Source: Felis catus
Lineage: Eukaryota
Length of the DNA stretch: 64,000 nt
Direction: 5' to 3'
Assembly (NCBI RefSeq): GCF_018350175.1
Contig: NC_058368.1
Span: 89,096,001 to 89,160,000, forward strand
Shown: one piece after another, positions 1 through 12,812 of the stretch
How the letters are laid out: each line of letters begins with the position of its first letter
Position numbering within the stretch: position 1 is the stretch's first letter
Made by a program: the position numbers and the translations under genes
Notes under the pieces: model-generated
Database searches by the model: none
Told to the model about the DNA's origin: nothing
The model's input: only the letters and a program-made list of their open reading frames with translations

Positions 1-989
1 ACCAACAAAACTAAAAGGCAACTAACGGAATGGGAAAAGATATTCGCAAATGACATATCGGACAAAGGGCTAGTATCCAAAATCTATAAAGAGCTCACCA
101 AACTCCACACCCGAAAAACAAATAACCCAGTGAAGAAATGGGCAGAAAACATGAATAGACACTTCTCTAAAGAAGACATCTGGATGGCCAACAGGCACAT
201 GAAAAGATGTTCAGCGTCGCTCCTTATCAGGGAAATACAAATCAAAACCACACTCAGGTATCACCTCACGCCCGTCAGAGTGGCCAAAATGAACAAATCA
301 GGAGACTATAGATGCTGGAGAGGATGTGGAGAAACGGGAACCCTCTTGCACTGTTGGTGGGAATGCAAATTGGTGCAGCCGCTCTGGAAAGCAGTGTGGA
401 GGTTCCTCAGAAAATTAAAAATAGACCTACCCTATGACCCAGCAATAGCACTGCTAGGAATTTATCCAAGGGATACAGGAGTACTGATGCATAGGGCCAC
501 TTGTACCCCAATGTTCATAGCAGCACTCTCAACAATAGCCAAATTATGGAAAGAGCCTAAATGTCCATCAACTGATGAATGGATAAAGAAATTGTGGTTT
601 ATATACACAATGGAGTACTACGTGGCAATGAGAAAAAATGAAATATGGCCTTTTGTAGCAACGTGGATGGAACTAGAGAGTGTGATGCTAAGTGAAATAA
701 GTCATACAGAGAAAGACAGATACCATATGGTTTCACTCTTATGTGGACCCTGAGAAATTAACAGGAACCCATGGGGGAGGGGAAGGAAAAAAAAAAAGAG
801 GTTAGAGTGGGAGAGAGCCAAAGCATAAGAGACTCTTAAAAACTGAGAACAAACTGAGGGTTGATGGGGGTGGGAGGGAGGAGAGGGTGGGTGATGGGTA
901 TCGAGGAGGGCACCTTTTGGGATGAGCACTGGGTGTTGTATGGAAACCAATTTGTCAATAAATTTCATATTAAAAAAAAAAAAAAAAAA
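1..989 (+). mobile_element. Young feline L1 (LINE-1): 3' part of ORF2, 3' UTR and poly(A); continues upstream of the window
   Basis: Frame 1 is open from base 1 to TGA at 751-753 and encodes the L1 ORF2 C-terminus ([25 protein letters not shown]). G-rich 3' UTR, AATAAA at ~957-962 and an A-tail at ~972-989. Confidence 0.97.
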
Positions 990-2578
990 GATACTGGACA
1001 ACTCACAAAAGAATCGTGGCTTACTCTGGCCAAAAAGTCCTGCCTATTAACAGGCTGTAATGAGCAATGCATCAGCAGCTACTCTAGGTTTCCAGATTAC
1101 CAAACATTCCACAAGTCTATTTGCCATCAAGTGTCACATCAGGATTCTGTACCTTAAGTTCTTTTTATATATTTGGCTTGGAAATGACCAAAAAAACAAG
1201 ACATGTGAGCACAAAATTCTTACCAATTCAGAAGAAAGAATACCTAGGAAATTGGAGAATGAGACAGATGAAAGATGGAATCAAGGAATACAGATGAATA
1301 GAGAGAATATGTGTGCTTTAGTTATTATTGCATTTAGTTTATGAATATCAGCATTGTAAATGGTTAACATGAGTTGGTTCTATTGCTTAAAAGTAGAAAT
1401 AATGATGAAAGGTGATTTTTCCTTAAAGTAAAAAATGAAATAGAACATTCTCATACCTGGTAGTGGTGAAGAGATTTCTAGTCATCCTGAGGAAAAAGGT
1501 AAGCAGAGGAGATTCTGAAAGGGAGACTGAGAGATTTTCTGAAGCTAAATGGGCAGAGACTGGCTGGAAGGGAGTCATTAACAGAATTAGATTATTAGGC
1601 TAGCATAAAGCTAATAAGCATCATAAACACAAGATCAGGAGAGAAAACCTACTTGGTCTTATTTGTTCTTTAAGCACTCTACACGAACTGTTATAATAAT
1701 GATTTGGCATGTTTAACAATTTACCAGAAACTGGCTGAGTTAATGTAAAACAAAAATTATTTTGACTGATCTCTTCTTTAAAAACCCTTGCTAAAGTATG
1801 TCCTAGTAGAACCTCATTGAGCGCATCATTGATGAAGTAACAAAAAATTGAAAACAACCCAAATGGCTCCAAACAGATCTAAAAAAATATGGAATATTAA
1901 AAACACTCAAACAATAGTCAATCTGTTACCACAGTGCTGTTTTGTTGTTGTTTTCAAAGCTCTTTGTATTCTGATGATGCCTAAAACACAGTAGAAGGAA
2001 AAAAGCAAGGGGACAGAACTTTGGAACAGACCCTATCACCTCTGTGAAAAAAGGGGAACTAACTACATTCACATTTGCCCAGTATTTGCATAAACAAACT
2101 GGATGGTTACACTCTAACAAATGTAACTGTCTAGGGGTTTGGGCATGAGAAGATGACTGAGCGGGAGCAAACCTTGTCACTGATAACTGCTTATATTAAA
2201 CATCTAAACCATAGGAGTATTAAATATATTAGTAAACATATTTAGAAAATTATTAACAAAACAAAACCCTCGGGCTTTCAAATAGAAAACAACCTAGTGG
2301 CCACCTGGTCTAAATGTTTTTAGAGCAGCACACCCAGCCCTGGCACTTCCCGTTCATCTTTCACATCCCGGTCGTCCCTGAGTCTAGAAGCCTCTTCCAT
2401 ATTCCCCCTACCTAGTCAACTCCTCAACTTTCAGAGTCCACGGCAAGCCGCCTCCTCTGGTTGTACCCCAGTCGGTACACGGGTGAGCTTCCCCAGAGCA
2501 AGTGTCTGGAAGCTCCTCCCCGGGGCTGGATCTGCACCTGTGGCTGCAACCTCTCAACTTCCTAACCAAGGGAAGAAA

Positions 2579-2596
2579 GGGGGGGGGGGGGGGGGG
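2579..2596 (+). repeat. Poly-G run (~18 G), G-quadruplex-capable
   Basis: Direct reading of the sequence. Confidence 0.9.
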
Positions 2597-2639
2597 AAGG
2601 GGAGTACAGAAGCAGATCACCCCTAGGGGTCCCTCTAAC

Positions 2640-3650
2640 GCTCGTAATCACTCTCACGTCCTAGGGCCAAACTTAACTGCAAGGGGGAGTCACACCAGGG
2701 GAATTATTTTAACGGGCTCATGTCCAGGACTCCCCTCCGGCCCGAGAAAGCAGCGAATAGTACAGAAAGACAAGAGCCAGGCCCCAGTCTTTCTCCGGAC
2801 GCTGGGCAACCCCAACCCGGTCCTGGCCGCTCGGACGGCCGGAGTTGGGGCCCAGAGAGAGACCAGCCTGTTCCAGGGGCACGCCCCACACCCCTCGGCT
2901 GGCCTGAGGTCTTCCCTCCGCTCCACTCCCCCCGGAACGTGCCTCCTGAGGTGTGTATAGGAAGGGGGAACGCTTCCCTCCATATCCCGCCCAAGACCCA
3001 AGGGGCAGCCAAGACTTGGCCACTAAGGGAAGGGCGTGGCAGGCGAGGGTCTGGGGCGGAAGCGCGGGCAGCCGCGAACTCACGTACTAGCTGTGTGGCG
3101 GCTCCGCGGGAGCCCGGCCGCCGGCGGGACAAAAGCGCGGACGGCCCGGCCGGAAGGGCCCGCGCTGGCTCTAGGGCACTTCCGAGTCCTCTCTGGGAGG
3201 CTGGAGGACGGACTCGATGATATTTCTCCGTTCGGGCACGTGACCCGTGGTGCGTTCGGAGGGCGTGGGCGCGGGGCGAAGCTAGGTTCTGTACTGCTTT
3301 GTAGCCCGTTTGGGGCCGCAGCCGGAAGACAGGAGGAGACGCTTCCAGGTTTTGTGGACTTCATATTCCAGGGTGGGGATGACAGTAAGGCAAATGAGGG
3401 GCTAAGTAGAATAAACACCTAACGACTCTACCTGAACACGGAACACTTTACAGAGTGAGGCGCGGGGCCGCCCCCGGGAGGAGGCGGAGCTGAGCGTCGA
3501 GTCGGTGGGCTCCGTCCGCCCACTCCGAGAGGTAGGCCGGGGGCAGACGCGGCGGCCCGGAAGAGCGTCCTGCGAAGCGCCTGGGCTGTGGGAACGCTGG
3601 GCGCGGCGGAAGCGCCCCAGGACCGGGCTGGAACCCCGGCCTGGAAGGAC
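2640..3650. promoter_or_regulatory. CpG island / housekeeping-type promoter, probably of a minus-strand gene running off the left edge (ZFP62 expected here from human/mouse synteny with BTNL9)
   Basis: Very GC- and CpG-rich. ETS motifs CCGGAAG at 3150, 3322 and 3557, E-box CACGTGAC at 3237-3244, GC boxes. Minus-strand donor TAC|GTGAGT with GT at 3083-3082. The gene identity is inferred from synteny only. Confidence 0.85.
3084..3200 (-). other. Candidate first exon of the minus-strand gene (5' boundary uncertain)
   Basis: Lies within the CpG island and ends at the near-consensus donor ...GCTAGTAC|GTGAGT. No further exon is recognisable in the window. Confidence 0.5.
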
Positions 3651-4504
3651 TTTTGAAAGAGATCCTTTTTTTTTTTTTTAAGTAACATCTGCATATTTTT
3701 CATCTTAGGTTTACATAATTGCAAAGAAAAATTTTTGGCACACTGTGCTGACATTTAAAAAAACAAAACCTCTTATTTTAGACGAATACAATGGACTCTG
3801 AACCCACAATTTAATATCATTCGCTTTTAACGGAAAATTTACATCATTTCAGATTTTTCCTTGAACCTATATTTTATGTCCCTCATGAGATTTTTATTCT
3901 CACCTGAAATATTTTCAGTCTCACTGTTAGCCTAATGTAAAAAAGTTAAATGCTTTAAATTGTATTGTTTTCTCTAGCATCCATCTTCGTAACGGAATCA
4001 GAAGTTTACGTATTTTTCTCACTCAAGTGTTAATTGTTTTCTGGATTATTAGCAAAATTATATGTATTGCTAAATTTCAATGATCAGTTCTTAGACTAAA
4101 GATAAAATGTTTTGGAAGCAAACTTTTAATAAGATCGATTTTTGAAAACAGTTCAAGTTATGCAAAGTACTTGGGTGAATTTCACTTATCGCTGTAGTGA
4201 GCCGGTATTCAGCATCAATTCTGTGTCCAGTTTTTATTCTTTATAGATGTAGGTGCAAGGTAAATGGAGGGAATAGAAGGTGCTTCCTTGTAGCAATGGG
4301 TTCTTGATCTGCTTTGGCTCCGTGCAAGAAGGCGCAACTCAGGGTGAGTCTGGGCCAGTGCGAGGTGTGTTCTGTTAGAGAAGAAAGGAGACCATAGGAA
4401 GGAGCAGGGCCCCAGGCCCTTCTGAACGCAGCACAGGTTTAGGGAAAAGCACTTGCTGGAGTTAAGAATTGAGAGTTGATTCCCCTACATCTACCCCAAT
4501 CGGT

Positions 4505-4632
4505 ATAGCCTGGCCAACATACAGAGCATTTGAAATGTGACTAGTGCCGTTGAAGATCTGAATTTTTAATCACATTTAACTTCAATAGCCACACGTAGCT
4601 AATGTCCTCTGTATTGGACAGCATTGCTGTAG
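4505..4632. mobile_element. MER3-like hAT DNA transposon fossil fragment
   Basis: Motifs tgaaatgtgactagtg...aatagccacacgtagctaatg...tattggacagca resemble recalled MER3 consensus. Confidence 0.6.
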
Positions 4633-5009
4633 AAGTTGCTGCAGGCAGTGCTGCCAGAAGAATTCACATAACCAGATTAAAGGTTGTTGGTGTTAGTTAG
4701 CCTGCCACCCATGGCAGGGAAGACTGGATTTTTCTCTTTAGGCAGCAAGGTGCCTAATGTTTATGTCCAGGTTGGGAGGTTTTGCTCAATGAAAGGTAGT
4801 GGGGGGTGGAGGTGGGGGGTGGGGGGGATCATTGGGAAGCCACATAAATCATCTTAATTAAGGTGATTTTTACTTTAACTAATGGTTTTTCCTCCATGAG
4901 TTTTGTCACACTTTAGACACCTTTTGTTTGGCCTTGTGTCTACACACACACACTACCCTTTTCCAGTACCTGTGTTTTATGGATATCTACAAATCAGAGC
5001 AGAGTGTGT

Positions 5010-5327
5010 AGATCTGCACTGATCAATATGGAAGCCATCATTTATATATGACTATTAAGCACATGAAATGTGGCTAATCTAAATTAAGATGTGCTGTAAA
5101 TATAAAATCCACATCTGATATCTAAGATTTAGTAGAAAAAGAGAATGTAAAATGATATTTTTAATGTTAATTAGATGCTGAAATAATATTTTGGTTTTAT
5201 TTGGGTTAAGTAAAATAAATATATAATTAAAATGAATTCCACCTGTTTCTTTTTATTTTAAATGTGTATACCAAAAAATTGGAAGTCACAAGACTCACAT
5301 TACGTTCTATTTGACAACGCGGCTCTA
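5010..5327. mobile_element. MER33/MER3-like hAT-Charlie DNA transposon fossil
   Basis: Termini ctgcactgatcaatatgg ... ctatttgacaacgcgg and internal aaatgtggctaatctaaattaagatgtgctgtaa resemble recalled consensus. Confidence 0.7.
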
Positions 5328-5879
5328 AGAACCCAATAGGTACAGCTGTGACCTCCTGAGGTTGCTCTTGCTTTCCAGCTCATCTGTCTCCTTTGAAGTA
5401 GTTCAAGTACAGATTAATGTTAAGCTATGCCCACAGGGGCTTACTTCCAACTCCATTTTTAGTCATTGAATTGGGTCACAAATTATTAAAATAAAGTTCT
5501 CCTCCCATTTTAACATATGTACCGAGCTCACTATAATTTGGAAAAGAAAGAAAAATTAGGAAAACTAACTACTTTTAATCCTGCTACCTAATGACAACCA
5601 CTATTAATGTCTAACTTCCTTTTCTATTGCCAATTTGCAGATATTTTTCAGATGGTTGTAATAGCACTATAGATGCAATTTTTATATAGTGTTTCTACAA
5701 ATATTATACCATACAATTTTCCATGTAACAACTCTTTGTGATATTCCACTGAACTATGATCTCCTTAACTCTTCTGTTGTTAACCAATCTTTCTGTTGGA
5801 AAGAGGTTCTTTCCAACTGAGTCTCTTTAAAAAATATGATTCAGTGCTCTAAAAATAGTGTGCAAAAGCTTTTTGAGAG

Positions 5880-6010
5880 GGAAACAACAAGAGGCTCTTA
5901 ACTACAGAGAACAAACAGAGTTGATGGGGGAGGTGGATGGGGGGTGGGGTACATGGGTGATTGGTATTAAGGAGGACAGTTGTAATGAGCACTGGGTGTT
6001 GTATGTAAGT
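5880..6010 (+). mobile_element. Short carnivore L1 3' UTR fragment
   Basis: acaagaggctcttaactacagagaacaaac...gagcactgggtgttgtatgtaagt. Confidence 0.8.
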
Positions 6011-6537
6011 CTTGGAATAGTTGGCAAGAAGAATAAAGAATCAGACAAGGATGTAACCCATCACTATCATTATTTCCTACTGCAGCTGGAAAATGAAAAA
6101 AAGCAAAAGATGAACAAAACTTATGGAAAGATTCTTGGATGCACTATTTGCATGAGTGGAAAGATTCGGTATCAGAATGATGTCAGTTCTCTCTAGATCA
6201 ATATTTAACTATGATCCCAATAAACAATAGTAACAAAATCTTCTTAAGCAACACACAATTGATTTTAAAGTTCATGTGGAAAAATGAAGATTGATTGTTT
6301 CTAGCTAGGAAATGCCTAGGAAAAAAATACAAGTGACCACGAGGAGGGGGGCGGTGGGGTACTATTACAGCATATTAACAAACTGGTGTAATTCTAGGAC
6401 ACAAAGCCTAAAAATAAACCTAAATAAGTGTTTAGTATCTGATAAAGGTAGCATTTCAAATCAGTGGGAAAAAGGTGGTATAAGGACAACTATGAAGCAT
6501 TAAGGAAAAATAAGGTTGGATTTAAAACACAAGTCTT

Positions 6538-6770
6538 GGGGCGCCTGGGTGGCGCAGTCGGTTAAGCGTCCGACTTCAGCCAGGTCACGATCTCGCGGTC
6601 CGTGAGTTCGAGCCCCGCGTCGGGCTCTGGGCTGATGGCTCAGAGCCTGGAGCCTGTTTCTGATTCTGTGTCTCCCTGTCTCTCTGCCCCTCCCCCGTTC
6701 ATGCTCTGTCTGTCTCTGTCCCAAAAACAAATAAACGTTGAAAAAAAAATTTTTTTTAAAAAAATAAAAA
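6538..6770 (+). mobile_element. Can-SINE (SINEC_Fc type)
   Basis: GGGGCGCCTGGGTGGCGCAGTCGGTTAAGCGTCCGACTTC head, CT-rich region and A-tail. Confidence 0.97.
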
Positions 6771-6959
6771 GAGACAATTCAACTCCATGTTGTGCACATG
6801 GACTAACTTAGTTATATGAGACCTTGGGGAAGTTGAAAACCAGAGGAACTGTGCTTCGTTTTTCTAATTTGGAGGGTGAGCTCTTGGAAAATGACATCCT
6901 GCTCTAAGGTGCTTCTCTTCCAATCAGTATTGGGCTCTGGGTTTCTTATGGAACTAGGT

Positions 6960-7140
6960 AGCTATGTAAATCTGCACTGGTACTTAACTTCTCAGCTTTC
7001 TCATGAGGAAAATAGGTAGTAAGAGTACCTACTTTATAGGGTTGTTGTGAAAATTAAATTATTATATGTAAAGCACTTAGAACATACCCTAAGGCCTGCC
7101 ATACACTAAACACTATATCAGTATTAACTAGCATTGTTAC
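6960..7140 (+). mobile_element. MIR SINE fossil
   Basis: gtacctactttatagggttgttgtgaaaattaaa...tgtaaagcacttagaaca matches the MIR 3' consensus. Confidence 0.75.
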
Positions 7141-7644
7141 TGTGGTCATACTCCTGCAGACTTTGGGACCTGAAGGGAGTGGATCATCTCCCTTCATTCA
7201 CTGGGGAAGAGGCAGGACCCGAGGACTTTGGAAGTGAGGCTTTATGCTGGGTCATAGGTTGACTTCTTCCTCTCCCTGGATCTGGCTCTTTTGTAGCCCA
7301 GAGAAGCACTCGGGGAGCAGGCCAGGAGCTAGCTGGAGGTACCCGGTAGGGGCCCAGGATCTGTAGCCAGTGGTAGGTTGTTCTCTCAATACTGAAGTCT
7401 TGTGAAATGTGATAGCTTGGTCTTGGCTGGGCCACAGAAAATTGTGGGAAAGGCTCAGGTCCATTTTTGTACCTGTATGGTGGGCATCACAGTCCCTAAA
7501 ACTCTGGTGATAATCTGTCTATACAAAGCACTGTAACTAAGCTGAAAGGGACAGAAGTGTAGAAATGCACACAACCTGGACTGCTCCTGGGACATATATG
7601 GAATACCTCAATGACCCAGAGACAGGAACTAGAAAGAGGCAATG

Positions 7645-8004
7645 ATTTAGTCAGGATGGGCTAGACTAGGTGGCAGTAACACATAAACCCTCCATCTCAG
7701 TGACTGAACACAAGAATGTTTATTTGTTGCTCATGTAAAGTTCTATGCAGACCAGACTGTCCTCCTCCATCTTCCAGCCATAACATCTAGAATATGTGGA
7801 CTTCACTATTGTCAGTATAGGGGAATAGAAAACTTGAAGAAACTATGGGATATTTTTAAGGGGCAGGCCTAGAAGTGCCTTATATCACTGAGGCCCATGT
7901 CTCTTTGGCCAGAACCAAGTCACAAAGCTTCATTCTAACTGCAAAGGTGGCTGGGAAGTGGAGGAGCTTGTGGGTATTTGGTGAACACTAATAATCTTGC
8001 CACA
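7645..8004 (-). mobile_element. MLT1-type (MaLR) solo LTR fossil
   Basis: ttagtcaggatgggctag...ccatctcagtgact...ttggccagaaccaagtcaca...aactgcaaaggtggctgggaa. Confidence 0.7.
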
Positions 8005-8240
8005 GGTAATCCCAAAAAGTGGGAAAGAGAGAGGCCCTATGGCCACACTGTACTCTTGCACCACAAGCTGTCATCACCAAATGGGGTGGCCAGTGAGGCC
8101 TCATCTATTACATGGACTGGTGACATTTATATTCAGGTAGCTCAGGAATCTTTCATTAAACTTTAGAGAGTCCTTTCCCCTCCAAGACCCACTTATGTTG
8201 TCTTTTAATTTATTTTCTTTATATTTTACTGTTTAATCTT

Positions 8241-8965
8241 TGTATTAGTTATCTGTTGCTGTTTAACATACTACTTCTCAAAACTTAGTGGCTTAAAACA
8301 ACAAACATTTATTATCTCACAGTTTCTTTGGGTCAGGATTTGAAAACATCTTTTTTTGAGAGAGAGATAGAGAGAGAGAGGAGTGAGCAAGCACATGCAT
8401 GCTTGGGGGAAGGGCAGAGGGAGAGAGAGAAAATCCCAAGAGGGCTCCATGTTCAGGGCAGAGCCTGTGATGCAGGGCTGTATCCCACCACACTGGGATC
8501 ATGACCTGAACTGAAATCAAAAGTTGGATCCTCAACTGACTGAACCACCCAGGTGCCCCAGAATTTGAAAACATCTTAACTGAGTGGCTCTGACTTTAGG
8601 TGTCTCATGAGACTGTGGTCAAGATGTTGGCTAGGGCTGCATCAGTTTGAAGGTGTGCCTGGGGTTGAAGGATGTTTCCAAGATGGCTCCCCACATGGCT
8701 GTTTGCAAGTGACCTCAGTTCCTCACCACGGGTTTCTCTCCACAGCCCTGTTTGAGTGTCCCCCTGGCATGGCAGAAAGTGATCAGAGAGAGAGCCAGGA
8801 AGAAGCCATGGTGCTTTTTATGCCCTAGTCTCCGAAGCTGCCCTATGCTATTTGTTAGAAGCAAATCACTAAGTCCAGCCCACACACAAGGAGAGGGGAA
8901 TTAAGCTCCATATCTTGAAAGGACGAATATAAAATAAGTTATGAACATATTTCAAAACCACAACA
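8241..8965 (-). mobile_element. MLT1-type (MaLR) solo LTR interrupted by a SINE
   Basis: Starts tgtattagttatctgttgctg, contains aaacttagtggcttaaaacaacaaacatttattatctcacagtttct, ends aaaaccacaaca. Confidence 0.8.
8351..8559 (-). mobile_element. Older Can-SINE
   Basis: Reverse-complement SINE head (...ccacccaggtgcccc); TSD atttgaaaacatctt on both sides. Confidence 0.9.
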
Positions 8966-10605
8966 GTTTTCCTAGAATTCATTTTAGAACATGAATTTCC
9001 CTCCCCTTCAAAGAGCTGACTGCCCCATTACTACTTACTCATTGTTTATATCCCCTACTGATTTGCAATACTTTATTTTACCATATAAATTATGATTTAG
9101 AAAAGGTTCTGTTATGGGCATTGTCCTGTCTACCATTCTCATGTCAAAGTAGCATTAATTATTGCAGCAGTCCTACAACTAACCCAGACCATGAATTCTT
9201 AGTATTCTAAGATTTAGACATATAAGTGATTGCTTTAGACACAGTATTCAGTGCAAAAGCAAAGTGGTAGCATGGGAAAAGGCGGGAGGTGGATAGGAAA
9301 GCATCCCGAAGAGAGAAAGTTAATGCCATCTATCCTTGTGGGAGTAGCAACTAGAGCAGGGCAGGCAGTAATCATGCCCAGGATGACATAAACCAGGTGT
9401 GTGTGTATATGTGTGTGTGTTGTGCATGTGCCTGTGTTTTGAAGGAAGAGTTCCACATACAGGACTTAGTGATAGATCAGACTGAGGGGAGGCGGCAGGA
9501 AAAATTGCAGTTGGATCCCGTTTTTGGTTAGAAATCCTAAACTTCAGGTCCTGGGACTTCATTCGTCAGGCGTGGGGAATCATAAAACATGTGAATCATG
9601 AAAACAGCAACGTCTCATCTGCGTCCCACAGAAATGGCCCTTGGTCCAGTCTAAGACAGGGCACTGCATTGAACACTAGGTCAGAAGATGGGCTGGTAGA
9701 GGGCAGGGGGTGGCACAGGCATCATCTGTGAGCACATCCAGGACATTGGCCAGAACCAGTGTAGGAGGGTAAGGTGAGTCCTCTGATTGCAACAGGGAGG
9801 GGACCTGCTCTTGAAATGAGTGGTTTCCCCCCAGGATCTGGGCATATCCACATAGCCACCAAGACTGATGTCAGTGCCAGGACCACCATCCCCCACCTTG
9901 AGAAGTTTCGATTCAACCATGCAAAGAGTCCATGGCAATGCATCCTCCCCCCAACCCCAAGAGACACAGAAATGGGAGAAGAAAGTCTGTCATCTGGGAA
10001 TGAAAGTATTAAAGTTCAGGCATAATAAAGAGAATCAAGTTTTAAAAGATAAGCCAATAAATTGTGTACACAAATGTGATTGAGTTTGTAACCATCCCAA
10101 ACCCCAAAGATGCAAAGGGTGCAGTCTGAGAGAGGCAGGGCTAGATGGGGATTTTGTGAACTATGCCTGATACTGTTGTATCCCTTAGGCATTCCATCTC
10201 CCTTCTTGGCTAAAAGAGCCCCCAGATTATTAGCTCAGATCAATTATGATTCATATAAGATAGCCAAGCACAAGGATTCTTACTCTGCTTTTCTTGATAT
10301 TTAATTTCCCAACCAACCCCCACCACCTCCCCACCTTCTTGCAGCCAAAGGTCAAGGTGAGCATTGTGGGCCATGGAGGTGGTTGGGGGGAAGTCTGCTG
10401 TGGATTCAGGAAAGATTTTTCTTAAAATAAAAAAAAAAAAAAAGGAAACCAGCACAGGAGCTGGTTGATATTGCCTGTTCCCTCTTCTTCCTGCTTCAAG
10501 GTCCATATGATGACTAGAGCTCCTCCTGTCTTGCCGTTACCATGAAGCAGCACATAGGAGGATCTAAAGACAACTGGCTGGTGATGGCAGAGCAGAAAAT
10601 TGGGG

Positions 10606-11032
10606 TGTGATGGTTAGTTTTGTGGCAACTTGACTAGGCCATGGGGTGCACAGATATTTGGTCAAACATTACTCACATGTCTGTGAGGGTGTTTCTGGAT
10701 GAGAGTCACATTTAATTGGTAGCCCGAGTAAAGCAGATTACCCTTCCTGATTTGGCTGGCACTCATCTAATTAATTGAGGGCCTGAACAGAACAAAAAGG
10801 CTGACCCTCCTGCAAATAAGAGAGAATTCTTCCTGCCTGGTGGCCTTCAAACTAGAACATTAGCCTTTTCCTTTATCTTTGGATTGGAACTGAAAGAGTG
10901 GCTTTTTCTGGGTCTCAAGGGTGCTAACTTGTGCTGCAGATCTTGAGACCTCCTGGCCTCCATAACTGCATGAGCCAATTTCTTATCTGTCTCTCTCTCC
11001 TCTTGTTTCTGTTCCTCTGGAGAACTCTACTA
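10606..11032 (+). mobile_element. MLT2-type (ERVL) solo LTR
   Basis: tgtgatggttagttttgtggcaacttgactaggcc...cagatatttggtcaaacatt...tgtttctgttcctctggagaac. Confidence 0.8.
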
Positions 11033-11256
11033 TGTGGGGTAAGCCTGATTCTCCATTGATGCAAAGATAAAATGTACATAGAAATATTAAAGCTACAGAA
11101 ATATAAAGTGTTGGGAGAACAGACCCAGGTTTTCCATGGTAACACTACTCAGACTTTGCAGATAGTAGGGGGGTCTCTAGCATTCTAAAAGGGATGGATT
11201 TGTGAGCTTAAAAGGACTTTATGACTCACTTTGAATTGGTAACTATGCATCACAGG

Positions 11257-11730
11257 TGCCAAGGAGAAAAACCTTTCCTCTGTTGTCTATTTAGTGACTA
11301 GTAGCATGTGAAGTTAACTCACAAAAGACAAATTAACAGGAAAAGACGGCATATAATTTTATTCAAATTTCACAGAGGAGTACAGGGAAAAGTTCAATTG
11401 CAATGTTAGATTCGGGAGCTTATGTAACTTTCTTACAGGAAAGATGTTTTCGCTTTCAAGGGATATAACTAGGAAATATAAGGAGGAACCGATGAAGATA
11501 AGGGCCAGGCTTGCTTATGCACTTATCTGAGGTTCCTACTCCACCTCTGGTAAGAGGCACTCTTCCTGATACAGAGGCACACCTTCATGGGAGGAAATTT
11601 ATGCTCTGCTTTTAGGTGCATGTGGGCACAGAACTCTTTCTCCACCTGGTGATTCTCAAGTGACTTCAGTTCAAAACAATCCTTATGCCAAAATGCCATA
11701 TTTAAGGGTGGCACATTCTGGTTCCCCTCA
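11257..11730 (-). mobile_element. ERV1-class solo LTR (MER34-like)
   Basis: TG...CA termini (tgccaagg ... ttcccctca) with near-identical 4-bp flanks cagg/gagg; aatccttatgccaaaatgccatattt motif. Confidence 0.65.
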
Positions 11731-11849
11731 GAGGCTGAAATGGCCACATGAAGAATGCGAAATTCAATAATCTCTTCTTTTTACCTCCTTCCCCCATTTA
11801 AACAACACTTCAACTTTCCAAAGGGTAAAATAAAGCAAAATTCCACCCT

Positions 11850-12290
11850 GCCACCATGGAAAGTTTTCTTCTCCGAAAAGGACGCCGCGGAGCTCACACT
11901 GTAGGTTCAACTTCTCGGATCCCAACCAGGGAGCCGCAGAGAGGACAGGGCAGTCAGTCTTCCGGCCAAACTCCCGCCACTTCCCCTCTACTCCACCTTA
12001 GGGTTAGGCGGGCCAGCCACCTCGCGTTCTGCGCGTGGGTCCGCAACCTGCAGAACTTGTAGGCGCCCCGGCAGGCATGTGCCCCTCCTTTTCCCCCTGC
12101 AGCCACGTAGCCCTTGCCTGCGCCTCGGACGACCCGTGGTTCCTCGGCCTGGCTTTGCGCCCCCGGAACCAAGGCAGAGGGGATGCTAAGGAGCAGCGCT
12201 CGCAAGGCCCTCCAGCGCAGTTCCGATTCCGCTCTAGGAGGCCGGGCGGACCGCATCTCACTGGTTCTGGCGGCCCTGCTGCCCTTTGAC
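11850..12290. promoter_or_regulatory. Small CpG island with no associated gene visible
   Basis: Dense CpG (ggacgccgcgg, ctcgcgttctgcgcgtgg, gccgggcggaccgc) in otherwise CpG-depleted DNA; not a recognisable repeat. Confidence 0.65.
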
Positions 12291-12812
12291 ACAGAGAAAT
12301 TAGGTTCTTGGTTGGAGCTCTTAGTTTAGGATGTCTTAGAGTTAAACCTAAAACGTAGGGCGGCTGTAATACTGTTAGGAATGGTAATGTATTAAATAGG
12401 AATGGAGAAATAAAAGGTTTGTAGTTAAGAATGACTATACAAATGCCATTCTGCGCACAAACTGGAGAAATGACTGATTTGGGAGAGAGTGAGCCTCACA
12501 CGCCTGGTCCAACAAGAGGAATTAGGGTCAACCTGAAGCAACTCTTTTTGGGGGAACTGATTTGAGCTTCGGTGACAATTATAAGTGCAATGGACTGAAA
12601 TACTAAATCTACCAATTGATAAGGGCACTAAAAAATACGCAAAACTTCATTTGGTGCTAGGGACCCACGTCATTGTTTTGAAAACTGGTAAATAAAGGCA
12701 GAGAAAATCAACATATGTTCTGTATATGAGTATACTCAAATACTTAACGAGAAGTTTCCTTTATAATACTTAACTGATAATCAGTGGGGTAAGGATGGGG
12801 TTAGGTTTGCCA

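Noticed and set aside
2408..3754. Many overlapping 100-170 aa ORFs on both strands
   Set aside because: Expected by-product of a GC-rich CpG island (few stop codons); Pro/Arg/Gly-rich with no recognisable domain.
6538..6620. tRNA-like A/B boxes, here and in the other SINE heads
   Set aside because: These are tRNA-derived Can-SINE promoters followed by SINE bodies, not tRNA genes.
7290..7460. Faint resemblance to a SCAN-domain exon (QELAG...ICSQW)
   Set aside because: Only a few residues match, with stops and gaps; not distinguishable from chance by eye.
9540..9970. GC-moderate unique-looking stretch with ORFs on both strands and GTGAGT/GTAAGG donors
   Set aside because: No recognisable protein family in any frame; may be an old LTR fragment.
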